From Hydrolagus colliei (taxonomy: Eukaryota), in NCBI GenBank assembly GCA_035084275.1, contig CM068746.1, positions 17,112,001 to 17,176,000 on the forward strand: a stretch of DNA of 64,000 bases. Reading direction: 5' to 3'. The notes under the pieces are model-generated. The model was given only the letters and a program-made list of their open reading frames with translations, searched no databases and had not been told where the DNA came from. Positions 25,986 to 37,533 of this stretch are shown piece after piece (position 1 is the first letter of the stretch; each line of letters begins with the position of its first letter). A program made the translations under genes and the position numbers.

Positions 25986-28900
25986 CATTCAGGTTTTCAG
26001 GTAAACGGGTACATTACAAATTCACTCCAAATATTCTTATGTTCTTCTCTCATAGTTGTCAGTGGGGTATGTATCTACAGTGTATGTTTATAAATAAATG
26101 TATTTAAATATCCACACAACATTTTATGCCTTTGATAAGGACATCTGTCTGTCTAGTTTGCCATGTATAATTTCACCCAAGTATCTTCCATAAAGCTTTT
26201 CCCCCCCACTACAATACTGCAGGATGGTAAAACACAACAGGACTCAAAACAGACAATAATTTAATTTGCACAACCAGCTTTATGAATACGTCCTGATTTT
26301 GATATTCAGCATGTACAATATTTTGATTGATTAATACATCAATTCATCAACCACATCATACATTTTCCTCTAAATATTATTTAAATGTATCTGGATATGA
26401 TGCAGTTATTGCAATACAATATTTGCCAAATGCAACAATAACAAAATAGCTTTGATGTACCATATCCCAATCAGAAATAACATCTCAGACTGGAGTCACA
26501 AATGGAGGGAAATTTTAGAAAGCCAAGAGAATCTTACAGCTGAGAAGTTTCCATTTGCAGACATTAGTCCTGTAACACACCTGCACAATTGTAAAATGTC
26601 TGGTTTAATATTCTTCTTAGGGGTTGTTGTGATTTCATTGTCAGTGTTATTTTCAACGAGACAGGCTCTGATTGCATCAATTAGACTTGGCTTGTCGAGA
26701 AGGTTTAAAGGATTTGCAAGATAAACTTTAAAAGACATTAGAGTTTTACAGCTAGGAGCACAATGCAGAATTGACCCATCACCAGAAAACAAATGTAAGC
26801 AGCAATAAAACAATCAGTAGATCAAACATGTCTTGTTATCCCCGAATTTGTACTTGATGTAGGATGCATAAATTTGTCTGGTTGGAACGATAATGCAGAA
26901 GGTTCAGCTATACATAAATATGTGACATATTTACTTATACTTCCTAATCCAATAACCTGTTCACCACAACCTCAAATGTATTGCCTCTTATCTCATTGCT
27001 ATCTGTGCTGATTGCTTGCCTGGTAATCTGGGTGGGCTTTAAAGGACCCTCTTTCAAAGAAAAATGCAATTTTTCTCCCAGTTATTCTGGTCTATATTCC
27101 TCTTCGTTTGGGTTCACCCCATATTCAAAATAGCCAGTTACTCGGTTCATTGTTGTTTGCAAGACATTGTTGTTGCAATTTAGCTGCTATGCTTGCCTGC
27201 ATAACAATAGTCATTTCATGTATAAATTAGATCTTTTAAGATGTTCCTTTTCAATGTGAGAGGTGCTACACAAATATAAGTTATCAGAACATTTGTTATA
27301 GCATCTTGTCACACAGAGGGATCTCAAAGCACCCTACAGTACTTACTGTCAAGTAGTGACTGTTAGGCAAAAATCCGAGTTCCTAATTACCTGTGTTCCC
27401 TTGATACTTTATCTTTTCCTCCGCACGCATCCCAGCCGTGCATGTTTCCATAATCTGTAACATTTGACTTTATCTTTTTTTCTATCAATAAAACCTTAAA
27501 TTTCACGTTATTCTGCATCTCCATAGCAATTTCAGTTCCATTAAAAAGGATACAGGGCCTTTATCAGCAATGTCAGTAAGAATATAACTATTACTCCTGA
27601 TAAGATAGCTTCTTGCTGCTGTAGGCACACTTCAAATGCAATAGGTGCCAGCAAGAAATGTCTTTGAATTGACTTTGTAAGGCCATAATGGGCTGTGAGA
27701 ATCTAAAGAATATATTCAAATATTTGGAATAGTATGGAAATAAGATTGCAGTGGTTAGATGGAGGGCAAATGCAGCAAATTACAGATTAGCATGAGTTTT
27801 TTTAAACGATTTTTCCCCACTTTTTTTTCTAGCAAATGAGTATGCGAGTGGATAAATCAAGTATTCTGTGTAATGATTGCAATGGTGTATGATTACGACG
27901 TCAGCCTGTATAAGTGGATCTGCTTATTTAATCTTTCATTATTTTCTCCACGGATCCTCTTGCTCCCCCACACCACGCTCACTTCTTCACCTACAGGCCA
28001 AGGCCATTCACAAAACTGCAGTGAATTGACACATTTCCTGATCCACCAGGAATCCCACATTAGCATTGCAGTGAAGGCATTCCTTCCTCCCAGTCTTTTC
28101 AATCAAGATCAGCCGATAAATTATACAAGAATAATATTATCCAACAAAACATCTCAAAATGCCTAACAGAGTGAGCTACTTTAAATTGCTGTTATGTTCC
28201 CAGCTAGTATTTTCAAGCAAAATTCCAACAGTAATGAGATGCATGACCAAATTGAACCTGTATTTTATGCTGAATTTGGGAAAATCAGGGAAAATATTGG
28301 TCCAAGCTGAACAAATGAGTTGGGTAAAACTCCTCTATATCTGGGGACACAGTTTGTGACACTGCTCTTTTTTGAAACAGTATCACTGCAGAATTTGTCA
28401 AAGATATGTGAAAGGGAATATATAAATAAATGTTATTGTTGTTCTTTATCAAGAACAACAGGGCAGAGGTACAATACCTCTAGGCACAGAGGTATTGTAC
28501 CTCTGCCTTAGTGCATTGACTAGGGCAGAGGTACAATATTTATTGAATTCATTCAAAATCTTACTATATCTACATCGCGGATTTTTAGGACTAAAGCAAT
28601 TGCAATTTTCAGATGCTGGTTACATATAAAATCTGCATTTTGTCAGTAACTTGCATTTTTGCGGAGATTTTAATCTTGTGTGTGGAAAAAATGGTGGAAA
28701 ACCTTGTTATTTACACAATTTATTTTGCATAGATTCTTCCATGGTTTTACACAATTTTTTCCACACATAAGATTAAAATCTCTGCAAAAATGCAAGTTAC
28801 TGACAAAGAAGAAGAAAGATTGAAGATGGTGGGACGATGGGGGGAGAGTGCAATGGACACTACTGCAGAAGTGATCAATTGATTAAATTTAAGTTGTACT

Positions 28901-29029
28901 CCTTAAATAGGCTTCCTGGAACATTTGATCATTTAGATGTGAATTATGAGCTTATTGAGGGATTTTAAAAAAATCTTGTTTGGCATTTATTATGTCTTGT
29001 AGTAGCAACTGGGTAATCAGTGTTCTTAA

Positions 29030-29590
29030 GACCATAAGAATTAGGAGCAGGAGTAGGCCATTCGGCCCCTTGAGCCTGCCCCAGCATTCAATAAGATCAT
29101 GGCTGATCTTCTGACCTAACTCTGATTACCTGCCCCATCCCCATATCCCCTAATCCCTATATATTTTTTTAAATCTATCAGTCTCAATCAGCCTTGAAAA
29201 TGTTCAGGGACTGAGCATCCACAGCCTTCTGGGGTAGTGAATTCCTTAAATTCACTACCCTCTGAGTGAAGAACTGTTTTTTCAACTCAGTTTTAAAAGG
29301 CTGGCCTTTAATCTGAGACTATGACCCTGAGTGTTAGATTCATTGAACACATTCAAGACTGAGATCAACAACAACAACTTCAATTTATATAGCGCCCTCC
29401 ACTCAGGACAGTGTCTCAGAGCGCTTAAAAAATCAAGTTTTTTTAAAAAGATAAAGTGAATAAGAGATATGAGATAGGGCGGGGAAATGGAATTAGGATA
29501 GAAGATCAGACATGATCTTATTAAATGGCGGGGCAGGCTCGAGAGGCTGAATGACCTCTCCTGCTTCTACTTCTTATGTTTTTCTTATGT
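29030..29590. mobile_element. Two CR1 3' fragments in opposite orientation, with a short L2 tail inserted
   Basis: Minus copy ~29030-29340 and plus copy ~29340-29590, each with CR1 tail motifs. Confidence 0.75.
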
Positions 29591-30190
29591 GTTGGTTTCC
29601 GAGAGCCAAAGCAATATTGGATTGTCAGAGGAGATGTATTGCCCATGTTACGGTCTCTTATGGCCTAGGTTGTCAGAGAATTCATTGTCTAGACTATGAT
29701 GAAGAATAGATCAGTTAGATTTCTCCCTGGTTGATGCCGGATGCATTCCTCAGCTTTGATTTGTTTCTTTATCACACTGAGTGTGTCTCACTTGACAGCT
29801 TAAGAGGTTTATGTATAAAGTTGGAGATAACATTACCTATTATGTTTTAAGCAGGTAGATTGATCTATACTTGTCATATTTCCGTAGGTGGGGTGGATGG
29901 ATAATCAAGAAGAGTCACTCTTCTGACAAAGGTACAGTATTAAACCTGAAGTTATTCTTCGATCGTAGCACTTACCTATATGTGTGTTGATACTTTCTCC
30001 AGAATTTAAAAAACATTCAGAAACTATTCAGTAGCCTTTTGATCATCTTTTGCTGACCTAAGCCCCTGTGGCAATCCATCACTATACTTAAGCAAATCCA
30101 AATCCAGACTAAATTCCACGGATGGACACAAGGAAATTCCAATCTCTGGAATAAGCAACATCTCCCTGATTTGTCATAATATAATTTTGT

Positions 30191-30501
30191 GGAATCAGCT
30201 CAGTGATTAGAGTACTCGCCTTACAAGTGAGAGACCTAGGTTCAATTCCAGGCAGGGCGAAATCTTGTGTACGTTTTCCTTATTCCACACGCCTAAAAGC
30301 AATCCCTCCAAATAAAAAACAATAATAAATTGTTAATTCCAATCCACAGCTGTATGTGGGACACTGCTGTGCCCAATTGGCTGTCGCATTTCACCCACAT
30401 ATATACAATCAATCCACTTTACAGTATATTCTGTGAAGCGCTTTGAGATGTCTATATAAATGACATGGAAAGCGCTATATCAAATGCAAGGATTATTATT
30501 A
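30191..30501 (+). mobile_element. tRNA-derived SINE
   Basis: Family head, core and tail present. Confidence 0.9.
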
Positions 30502-30899
30502 TGAAAAATAATGACTGTATATTTTGTAGGTGATCAGCAGTGCCCGAGAATATTTTGGATCTACCTGGTTCAAGAATCGTACAACGAAAACCTCCCAGAG
30601 GATTGACTTGATCACAACAAGCATTCTCTTGCCAAGCAGGACATAGTGGAGACAGTTCAGCTTCAACCTGGTTTGCCTCCTTCCACCATCACCCACCACC
30701 ACAACAGTAGAACCTCGGTTGTCGACCACCTCAGTGGCATGACCACCCCCACTTGGCGACCATCAGAGTCAGTCCCAAATATTTCCTAACTCATTTCCAG
30801 TTAAATAAACCTCTCTGACGAGACAACCCCGGTTCCCAAACCGCGACCGCTGATTTGGCCGTTCCCAAACAACATTTTCCTGGTCCTAACACGACCACT

Positions 30900-31019
30900 C
30901 TGGCCAATCAGGCTGCGGCGTGATGTCACCGAGACAAGATGGCGGCGCGGATTTGAAGAGGTCACGTGAGCGGCCGTTTTGTCAGACAGTAAAAAAAAAA
31001 AGTGAAGCTGCAGGTAACA
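30900..31019 (+). promoter_or_regulatory. CpG-rich promoter and first-exon signature inside the TIR element
   Basis: CCAAT 30904, YY1 AAGATGGCGGC 30936-30946, GGCGCGG+TTTGAA (CDE/CHR-like) 30944-30957, E-box GTCACGTGAG 30961, donor CAG|gtaaca at 31014. Confidence 0.65.
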
Positions 31020-31044
31020 GAGCATCCGGCCCCGCGGTCCCGAA

Positions 31045-31500
31045 CATTTCCCCCGGCCTCGAGTATCCTCACTGCCCCGATTCCGAGACGCCTCCTCCGA
31101 GTATCTCCCTCCCCCCTCGGCCTCCAGACACTCACTCCCTGGTCTCGAGTATCCCCACTCCCTGGGCCCCCAGACATTCACTCCTTGGTCTCGAGTATCC
31201 TCCCTCCCCGGCTCCGAGACACCTCCTCCGAGTATCCCCCTCCCTCGCGGCCTCGAGTATCCCCACTCCCCGGTCTCGAGTATCCTCCCTCCCTCGCCGG
31301 CCTCGTATATTTCACCCTCCCCCAAGACTCCCCGGCCTCGAGTAATTGGAATTGAAAGGATTATCTGAGGTTAAGATCGGCCATGATTTAGTTAAATGGC
31401 ACAATGGCCTATTTCTGTTGCTATTAGTATTCTTTCTCCCCCCCACCAGCCTCGAGTATCCCCCCCACTCCCCGGCCTGGAGTACCCCTCCTCCCCGGCC
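31045..31500 (+). repeat. ~30-bp degenerate C-rich minisatellite (CCCCGGCCTCGAGTATCC...) interrupted by a CR1 3' fragment (~31345-31435)
   Basis: Recurrent CTCGAGTATCC units. Confidence 0.8.
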
Positions 31501-33110
31501 TCTCCGACTCTGCATGGATGGTAGCCAACTGTTTAATCTTCCATCCAGCAGACTCTACACCTCACTAACGCGACCACCCCGCCAACGCGACCACCTGCTC
31601 GTGGTCCCGTGGGTGGTCGCGTTACCGAGGTTCTACTGTATTTGGTCATTTGACACCCATGGAAGAGCAGCTTCAATGAGGACAAAAGCTTTAGCAATCC
31701 CCATAGTTTGGAAGAAACTGCATCACTGATATAATGCTTAGTTAGTCCTCTATTCCTTGCATTTCAAGATGGACAAGACTAACCTTTCATCTTGCTCCCT
31801 TTGTATCTGTCTTTAATTCATGCCTACACTCACCATCCCCACACCGCACCACTCACTATTTGACACCGTCTCTGTGAAGTACTCCGAGACATTATCCTAC
31901 ATGAATGGCGCCATATAAATGCAAGTTTTTCTCTCCTCACTATGATGAGACTGGGGACTGACTGAAACACATCAAGGTAAGATTTAGAAACTAGCACAAA
32001 GAGTATGTGATCACATCTGCCTTATGAATTATTTCTGCCAGATAAAAACAGACACAAGCTGATTTAATCTGTTCAGCTCAGTATCTGAATATGATCCATC
32101 TGCATTTCTCATGCTGTCATTTCCTATTGACAATGGCAACGGTTTTTAGTTTGCGAGCATCTGTTTCTGATTCCATGTGCAAATGTCACTGACTCATACA
32201 GCACCAGTTATAATTGTTGATTTGAAAAAAAATAAGGAGAAAATCAACAAGAACTTGTATCGGAATAGGAAATGTCTGTCATATTTTGGACAGCTCATTA
32301 AAAACAAGTTAATGCAATTGCTTGCACTTCCTGTAAATGTCATTGCCTCATATGGCAACAGAAGCATCATCGTTAGTTGAAGAGACATCAGCTACACTTG
32401 TCACTCAAGCCACTGTTTTCAAAGTTGGCGTTTTCTGTCAAATATTGAAAGGAAGCCTTACTCTGCATATAATAGAAAATGTGAAGAGGTGACTAAATTG
32501 GTGGAACTGGACTATCCAGTAGAAAATAACATTTCACCTTTGAGACATTTAATACCATTCTATCTCTCAGGCTTTTAGAGCTGATAAAGGTACTTTGCAA
32601 ATGCACAATTGGCTCATGTTTTGCCCACAAAAACCCAGTGAACCACTTTAACATGTCTCGACAATGAGATAAAGCACTATATGAAATGCAAGGATTATTA
32701 TTGAACTGAAAGCAAATCAGCTCATTTTATTGAAAATGATGGTAGACGTGATAAAGGTCTTAAAAATTATGAAAAGGTTTGACAGAATGGATAGGGAGAA
32801 ATGTTCCATGACGCAGTGACTAGATGGCAATTTAAGATAGTTAGCAAACAAAAGAAGAAAATTGGAGCAATATTTTCAAAGAGTTGTTAGAATGTATAAT
32901 ACTGCGCCAAGTGCCTTGGTCAAGGCTGGATTTATATTAACTTTCAAGTGGGAACCAGATATCTAAAGAAGAATCAGTGGTATGAGGAAAAGGTAGGTAA
33001 ATGGAGCTAAATGGATTATGGTTTCAAAATCAAGCAGAGACGATGAGTCAATTGGCCAATCTAAGGGCTAAATCTGAAGCAGTTACTACAACAACAACTT
33101 GCACTTATAT

Positions 33111-33438
33111 GGAGCTCCTATGGTTCAGTGGTTAGAGCACTCGCCTTAAAGGCATGAGACCTGTGATGGAATCCAGGCCAATCAGGGCGAAACCTTGGGC
33201 AAGTTTCCTTATTCCACACACCTAATAATAATCCATCCCCCCCAAAAATACAATAAGAAAAATTGGTCATTTTCAATCCACGACTATTTGTGGAACACTG
33301 CTGTGCGCAACTGGCTGCCGCATTTCACCCACCAATGTACAATCAATTCATTTTACAGTATATTCTGTGAAGCGCTTTCAGACATCGATAAGATGTGAAA
33401 AGCGCTATATCAAATGCAAGGGATTTTACTATTATTAT
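33111..33438 (+). mobile_element. tRNA-derived SINE inserted in a minus-strand L2 tail
   Basis: Flanked by ACAACAACTTGCACTTATAT and TATAGCACC. Confidence 0.85.
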
Positions 33439-35489
33439 ATAGCACCACCCATGCAGGTTAGCATCTCAGAAGGCTTAGTTTAAAAAGAGATATGGGCAAA
33501 CAAATAGGCAACAAAATAAAACAGGATTTGATTGCTGTCGTAAAATGCAAGGTATTGAAAAATCCAAGTCCCACACATTTTGTTTGTCACCTGGGTGTAC
33601 TCTTGTTTAAGAGTATCCTAACTGGACTGAGATTTACATATGTATGTCATTTAAGCATGTAAAATACCCTGTAACTGGAATGGAATGTACACTCTCTTCC
33701 CAGAGGGATGCATCCTGCCTAATGACACAATGTATTTAGCCCAGGTCGGCAAGAGCCAAGGCTTGGGGAGCCAATGGGTATACTGCTTGAGTTCCGTTAG
33801 TTAAAAACACAAATCTTATCACATTCACCCTCTGACAAGTTTCCCACTGCTTGTCCATCTAGAACCATTGTACCCATCAGAGCTTTGTCTTGCAGGGTTA
33901 ACAGGAGCTGAGTGGGAAGGAGACGTCAGTGTCTCCAAGTTCTGCAAACGAGCCAGGCAGCGTGATCTGTCATCACAGACCAACCTGGCTCAGGATCCGA
34001 CTACTGAGATCGCCACAGAGGATTGAATCAACCCTGACATTTTATTATGAAGCACTTCATCTTGAAGCCAGCTCAGCAAGGTGTGTTCCTCCACGCGGAG
34101 CGCGCTCTTCCTTCCAAACACAGGGAGATTCTCACATGTAGGAAAACGTCACATGTGGAATTCTGTCTGGTCCGAATACTTTCAAGCTTGGTGATGCTTC
34201 CACCATGTCAGACAAACAAAGTAGGCGTCAAAGCACCGAAACCACGTCATCAAAGTGGACCCACACAGCTGCAATGAGAGTCGTAATTCTCTATTAAATC
34301 GCGCTGCTCACTCGCAGTTTAAACAATTGCTAAAACGTATGCAGTAAAAGCACAGCATGGTTAATGATCTCATTAGCCTGGGCTGGAATCTAGTTTGAAA
34401 GGTCAGATCAGATTGAAACGCACTCTTCGCAATCAAACACACTCAAACGCATGCCTCGCAAGTCTCCCCAGCTCCACTCTTTAAAAATTCCAGCTCATTC
34501 AGAACTCTGCTGCCTGCATACCAACCTAGACTAAACTCCGTAACCCCTATCTCACCAATCCTCACACTCATGTTAAAATCCATCCAGTCGCTCCGTGCAG
34601 GCAGCACTTAATAGTAAAGTTTAACACTGAGCTGGGAGAGGCAAGGTGACAGCCGCCACGATCAAAGGGGAAGGTCTTCACGTGCGATCCGAAGACGAGC
34701 GAGGAGGGATTGAGACAGAGTGTTTCGGTGGCATAGCCGCGATTGTGGAGGGGACGAAGGACGAGCCGGGATGGGGAGCGAGGTGTGAGGTGACTGTAAA
34801 CACGGTCGAAAAGGAAGGTTTTCAGGCGGGACTTGAAGAAGGGGTGAGAGGGGGGGCCAAGGTGGAGGAGTGCAGTGGCTGAAAGTTGGGGCTTTTAATA
34901 TGGCTTATGTCAAACTTGCAAACAATATATGATCTTTAGCTGTATACGCAGGAAGACAGAAGACTTAGGGCGGCAATCATACCATTTATATGGAACAGAC
35001 TTGTTCTGTTTTACTGTATTTTACGCTGGTCATCAAATATACTGATGTATTTGCTGCTGTTTATATATATTATACATATATATTTAATAAAACACACAAA
35101 ATAAATTTTCTGATTTACTCAAATTGTCTATTCTCCCACCCTGGCAGGCTGCCTCCAACTAAACGAGAGACCCTGTTTCAAACCCCCTCCTCTAATCTGT
35201 ATCTTTTTCTATTTCATTCCCACCCCCCAAAGGAGCAGTAAAAAAAAATTACGCGGAAAAAAAGGCGCCTCTAATGACTTTTGAGGGTTTGTGTGGTTTT
35301 ACCATCTGCTCCCCTTTCATCCTCTCGCTCTTTCTCTCTCACCCACTTTAATTTGTCCTGTTTGCTCAGCTCCCTGTCTATTGTAAAGCAATTATTCCCG
35401 ACCATTTGAGCCCAGTCCCCTCCCACCCCCAACAGCTCAGCTGATCGCGCCGAGCAACGCGCCAACAATCCCGGAAAACAATCTCCATC

Positions 35490-36960
35490 CCTCTCCTCTC
35501 TCTGCCCCCACCCTCTCCACTGCCCGCCTGTCCCTCTCTCTCCAGCCCCCCCCCACCCCTCCCGCCTGTCCCTCTCTCCCCAGCCCTTCTCTGCCCCCCT
35601 CCCCCAGCCCGCCTGTCCCTCTCTCCCCAGCCTCTCTGCAACCCCCCCACTGTCCCCAGCCTCTCTGATTCCCCCCCCCCCAGCCTCTCTTCCCCCCTCC
35701 CCCAGCCCGCCTGTCCCTCTCTCCCCAGCCCCCCCACTGTCCCCAGCCCCCTATCCCCTCTCCCCCCCAGCCCCCCTAACCCCCCCCCCCCGTCCCCAGC
35801 CCCCCTGTCCCCAGCCCCCCTACCCCCCCCCCCCGTCCCCCCTGTCCCCAGCCCCCCCTACCCCCCACCCCTGTCCCCCCTCTCCCCAGCCCCCCTACCC
35901 CCCCCCCTGTCCCCAGCCCCCCTACCCCCCCCCTGTCCCCAGCCCCCCTACCCCCCCCCATGTCCCCAGCCCCCCTACCACCCCCCCCTGTCCCCAGCCC
36001 CCCTACCACCACCCCCTGTCCCCAGCCCCCCTACCCCCCCCTCCCTGTCCCCAGCCCCCCTACCCCCCCCTCCCTGTCCCCAGCCCCCCTACCCCCCCCT
36101 CCCTGTCCCCAGCCCCCCTACCCCCCCTCCCTGTCCCCAGCCCCCCTACCCCCCCCTCCCTGTCCCCAGCCCCCCTACCCCCCCCTCCCTGTCCCCAGCC
36201 CCCCTACCCCCCCTCCCTGTCCCCAGCCCCCCTACCCCCCCTCCCTGTCCCCAGCCCCCCTACCCCCCCCTCCCTGTCCCCAGCCCCCCTACCCCCCCTC
36301 CCTGTCCCCAGCCCCCCTACCCCCCCCTCCCTGTCCCCAGCCCCCCTACCCCCCCTCCCTGTCCCCAGCCCCCCTATCCCCAGCCCCCCTGTCCCCCCCT
36401 CCCTGTCCCCAGCCCCCCTGTCCCCCCCTCCCTGTCCCCAGCCCCCCTGTCCCCCCCTCCCTGTCCCCAGCCCCCCTGTCCCCCCCTCCCTGTCCCCAGC
36501 CCCCCTGTCCCCCCCTCCCTGTCCCCAGCCCCCCTGTCCCCCCCTCCCTGTCCCCAGCCCCCCTGTCCCCCCCTCCCTGTCCCCAGCCCCCCTGTCCCCC
36601 CCTCCCTGTCCCCAGCCCCCCTGTCCCCCCCTCCCTGTCCCCAGCCCCCCTGTCCCCCCCTCCCTGTCCCCAGCCCCCCTGTCCCCCCTGTCCCCGTCCC
36701 CAGCCCCCCCTGTCCCCCCTGTCCCCGTCCCCAGCCCCCCCTGTCCCCGTCCCCAGCCCCCCCTGTCCCCGTCCCCAGCCCCCCCTGTCCCCGTCCCCAG
36801 CCCCCCCTGTCCCCGTCCCCAGCCCCCCCTGTCCCCGTCCCCAGCCCCCCCTGTCCCCGTCCCCAGCCCCCCCTGTCCCCGTCCCCAGCCCCCCCTGTCC
36901 CCGTCCCCAGCCCCCCCTGTCCCCGTCCCCAGCCCCCCCTGTCCCCCCTGTCCCCAGCCT
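35490..36960. repeat. C-rich minisatellite (CTGTCCCCAGCCCCCC core), G-rich on the minus strand
   Basis: 22-28-bp variant units in blocks. Confidence 0.97.
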
Positions 36961-36994
36961 CTCTGCCCTGAGGGAGGGGAGGGGGGGGGGGGGG

Positions 36995-37170
36995 CAGCTC
37001 AGTCACAGTCGCGCCCAGGTTCCGCGCCAAACAATCCCGGAAGCGCCGGTGCCGCGGGCGCGGGCTCCCATTGGTCAGCTGCCCCGCAGTGTATCGGCTG
37101 CTCGAGGCCCTGATTGGCCAGAGCTCAGTTGGAATGTTGGAGCGCGCCAGAAAGCCTGGATTTAGCGGGT
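36995..37170 (+). promoter_or_regulatory. E2F7 proximal CpG-rich promoter
   Basis: E2F site TTCCGCGCCAAA 37020-37031, ETS-like CCGGAAG, inverted CCAAT boxes (ATTGG 37070 and 37113), E2F-like GCGCGCCA 37142 and TTTAGCGGG 37161. Confidence 0.8.
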
Positions 37171-37533
37171 TCAGGAACCAACTAACTCACTGACTACAGA
37201 CACACACACAGACAGACACTCACACAGACAGACACTCACACAGAGACACTCACACAGAGACACACACAGACTCACACAGACAGACAGACAGACACTCACA
37301 CAGAGACTCACACAGACACTCACACACACTCTCTGTCTGTGGCTGGCACTGCTTCCCCTCCACCCTCAGCCATATCGATCATCATCAGCTCCCGGCCCTA
37401 ATCCGGTGAAAGTGATGTAAACGCTGTGATTTGGTTTATTTCTCTCTCTCTCTGTGTCTATTTTATGCCGCATTTCACAAGGTGACTGATCCCTCCTCAC
37501 TTACCGTTCGCCAATAACACGCCAGCGAGCTCG
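37130..37533 (+). other. E2F7: Putative non-coding exon 1 (5'UTR) of E2F7; start approximate
   Basis: Follows the promoter, contains a (CA/CAGA)n tract, ends at a strong donor TCG|gtaagt (GT at 37534). Confidence 0.6.

Larger units (their letters stand above)
30705..31638. mobile_element. Non-autonomous Tc1/mariner (pogo/Tigger-like) DNA transposon enclosing a promoter
   Basis: TIRs CAGTAGAACCTCGGTTGT-CGACCACC and (reverse complement) CAGTAGAACCTCGGTAACGCGACCACC, TA at 31639-31640, repeated subterminal CGACCAC motifs at both ends. Confidence 0.8.

Noticed and set aside
26452-26813. Overlapping ORFs, one with a hydrophobic signal-peptide-like stretch
   Set aside because: No recognisable homology or convincing splice sites; length expected by chance.
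30939-30956. AAGATGGCGGCG as a protein start (MAA...)
   Set aside because: Frame closes after five codons (MAARI*); better read as a YY1 motif.
34447-34466. p53-like element ACGCATGCCTCGCAAGTCT
   Set aside because: Half-sites are out of register by one base and have purine mismatches.
35960-37165. 401-aa proline-rich ORF and antisense Gly-rich ORFs
   Set aside because: Translation of the C-rich minisatellite; no splice or homology support.
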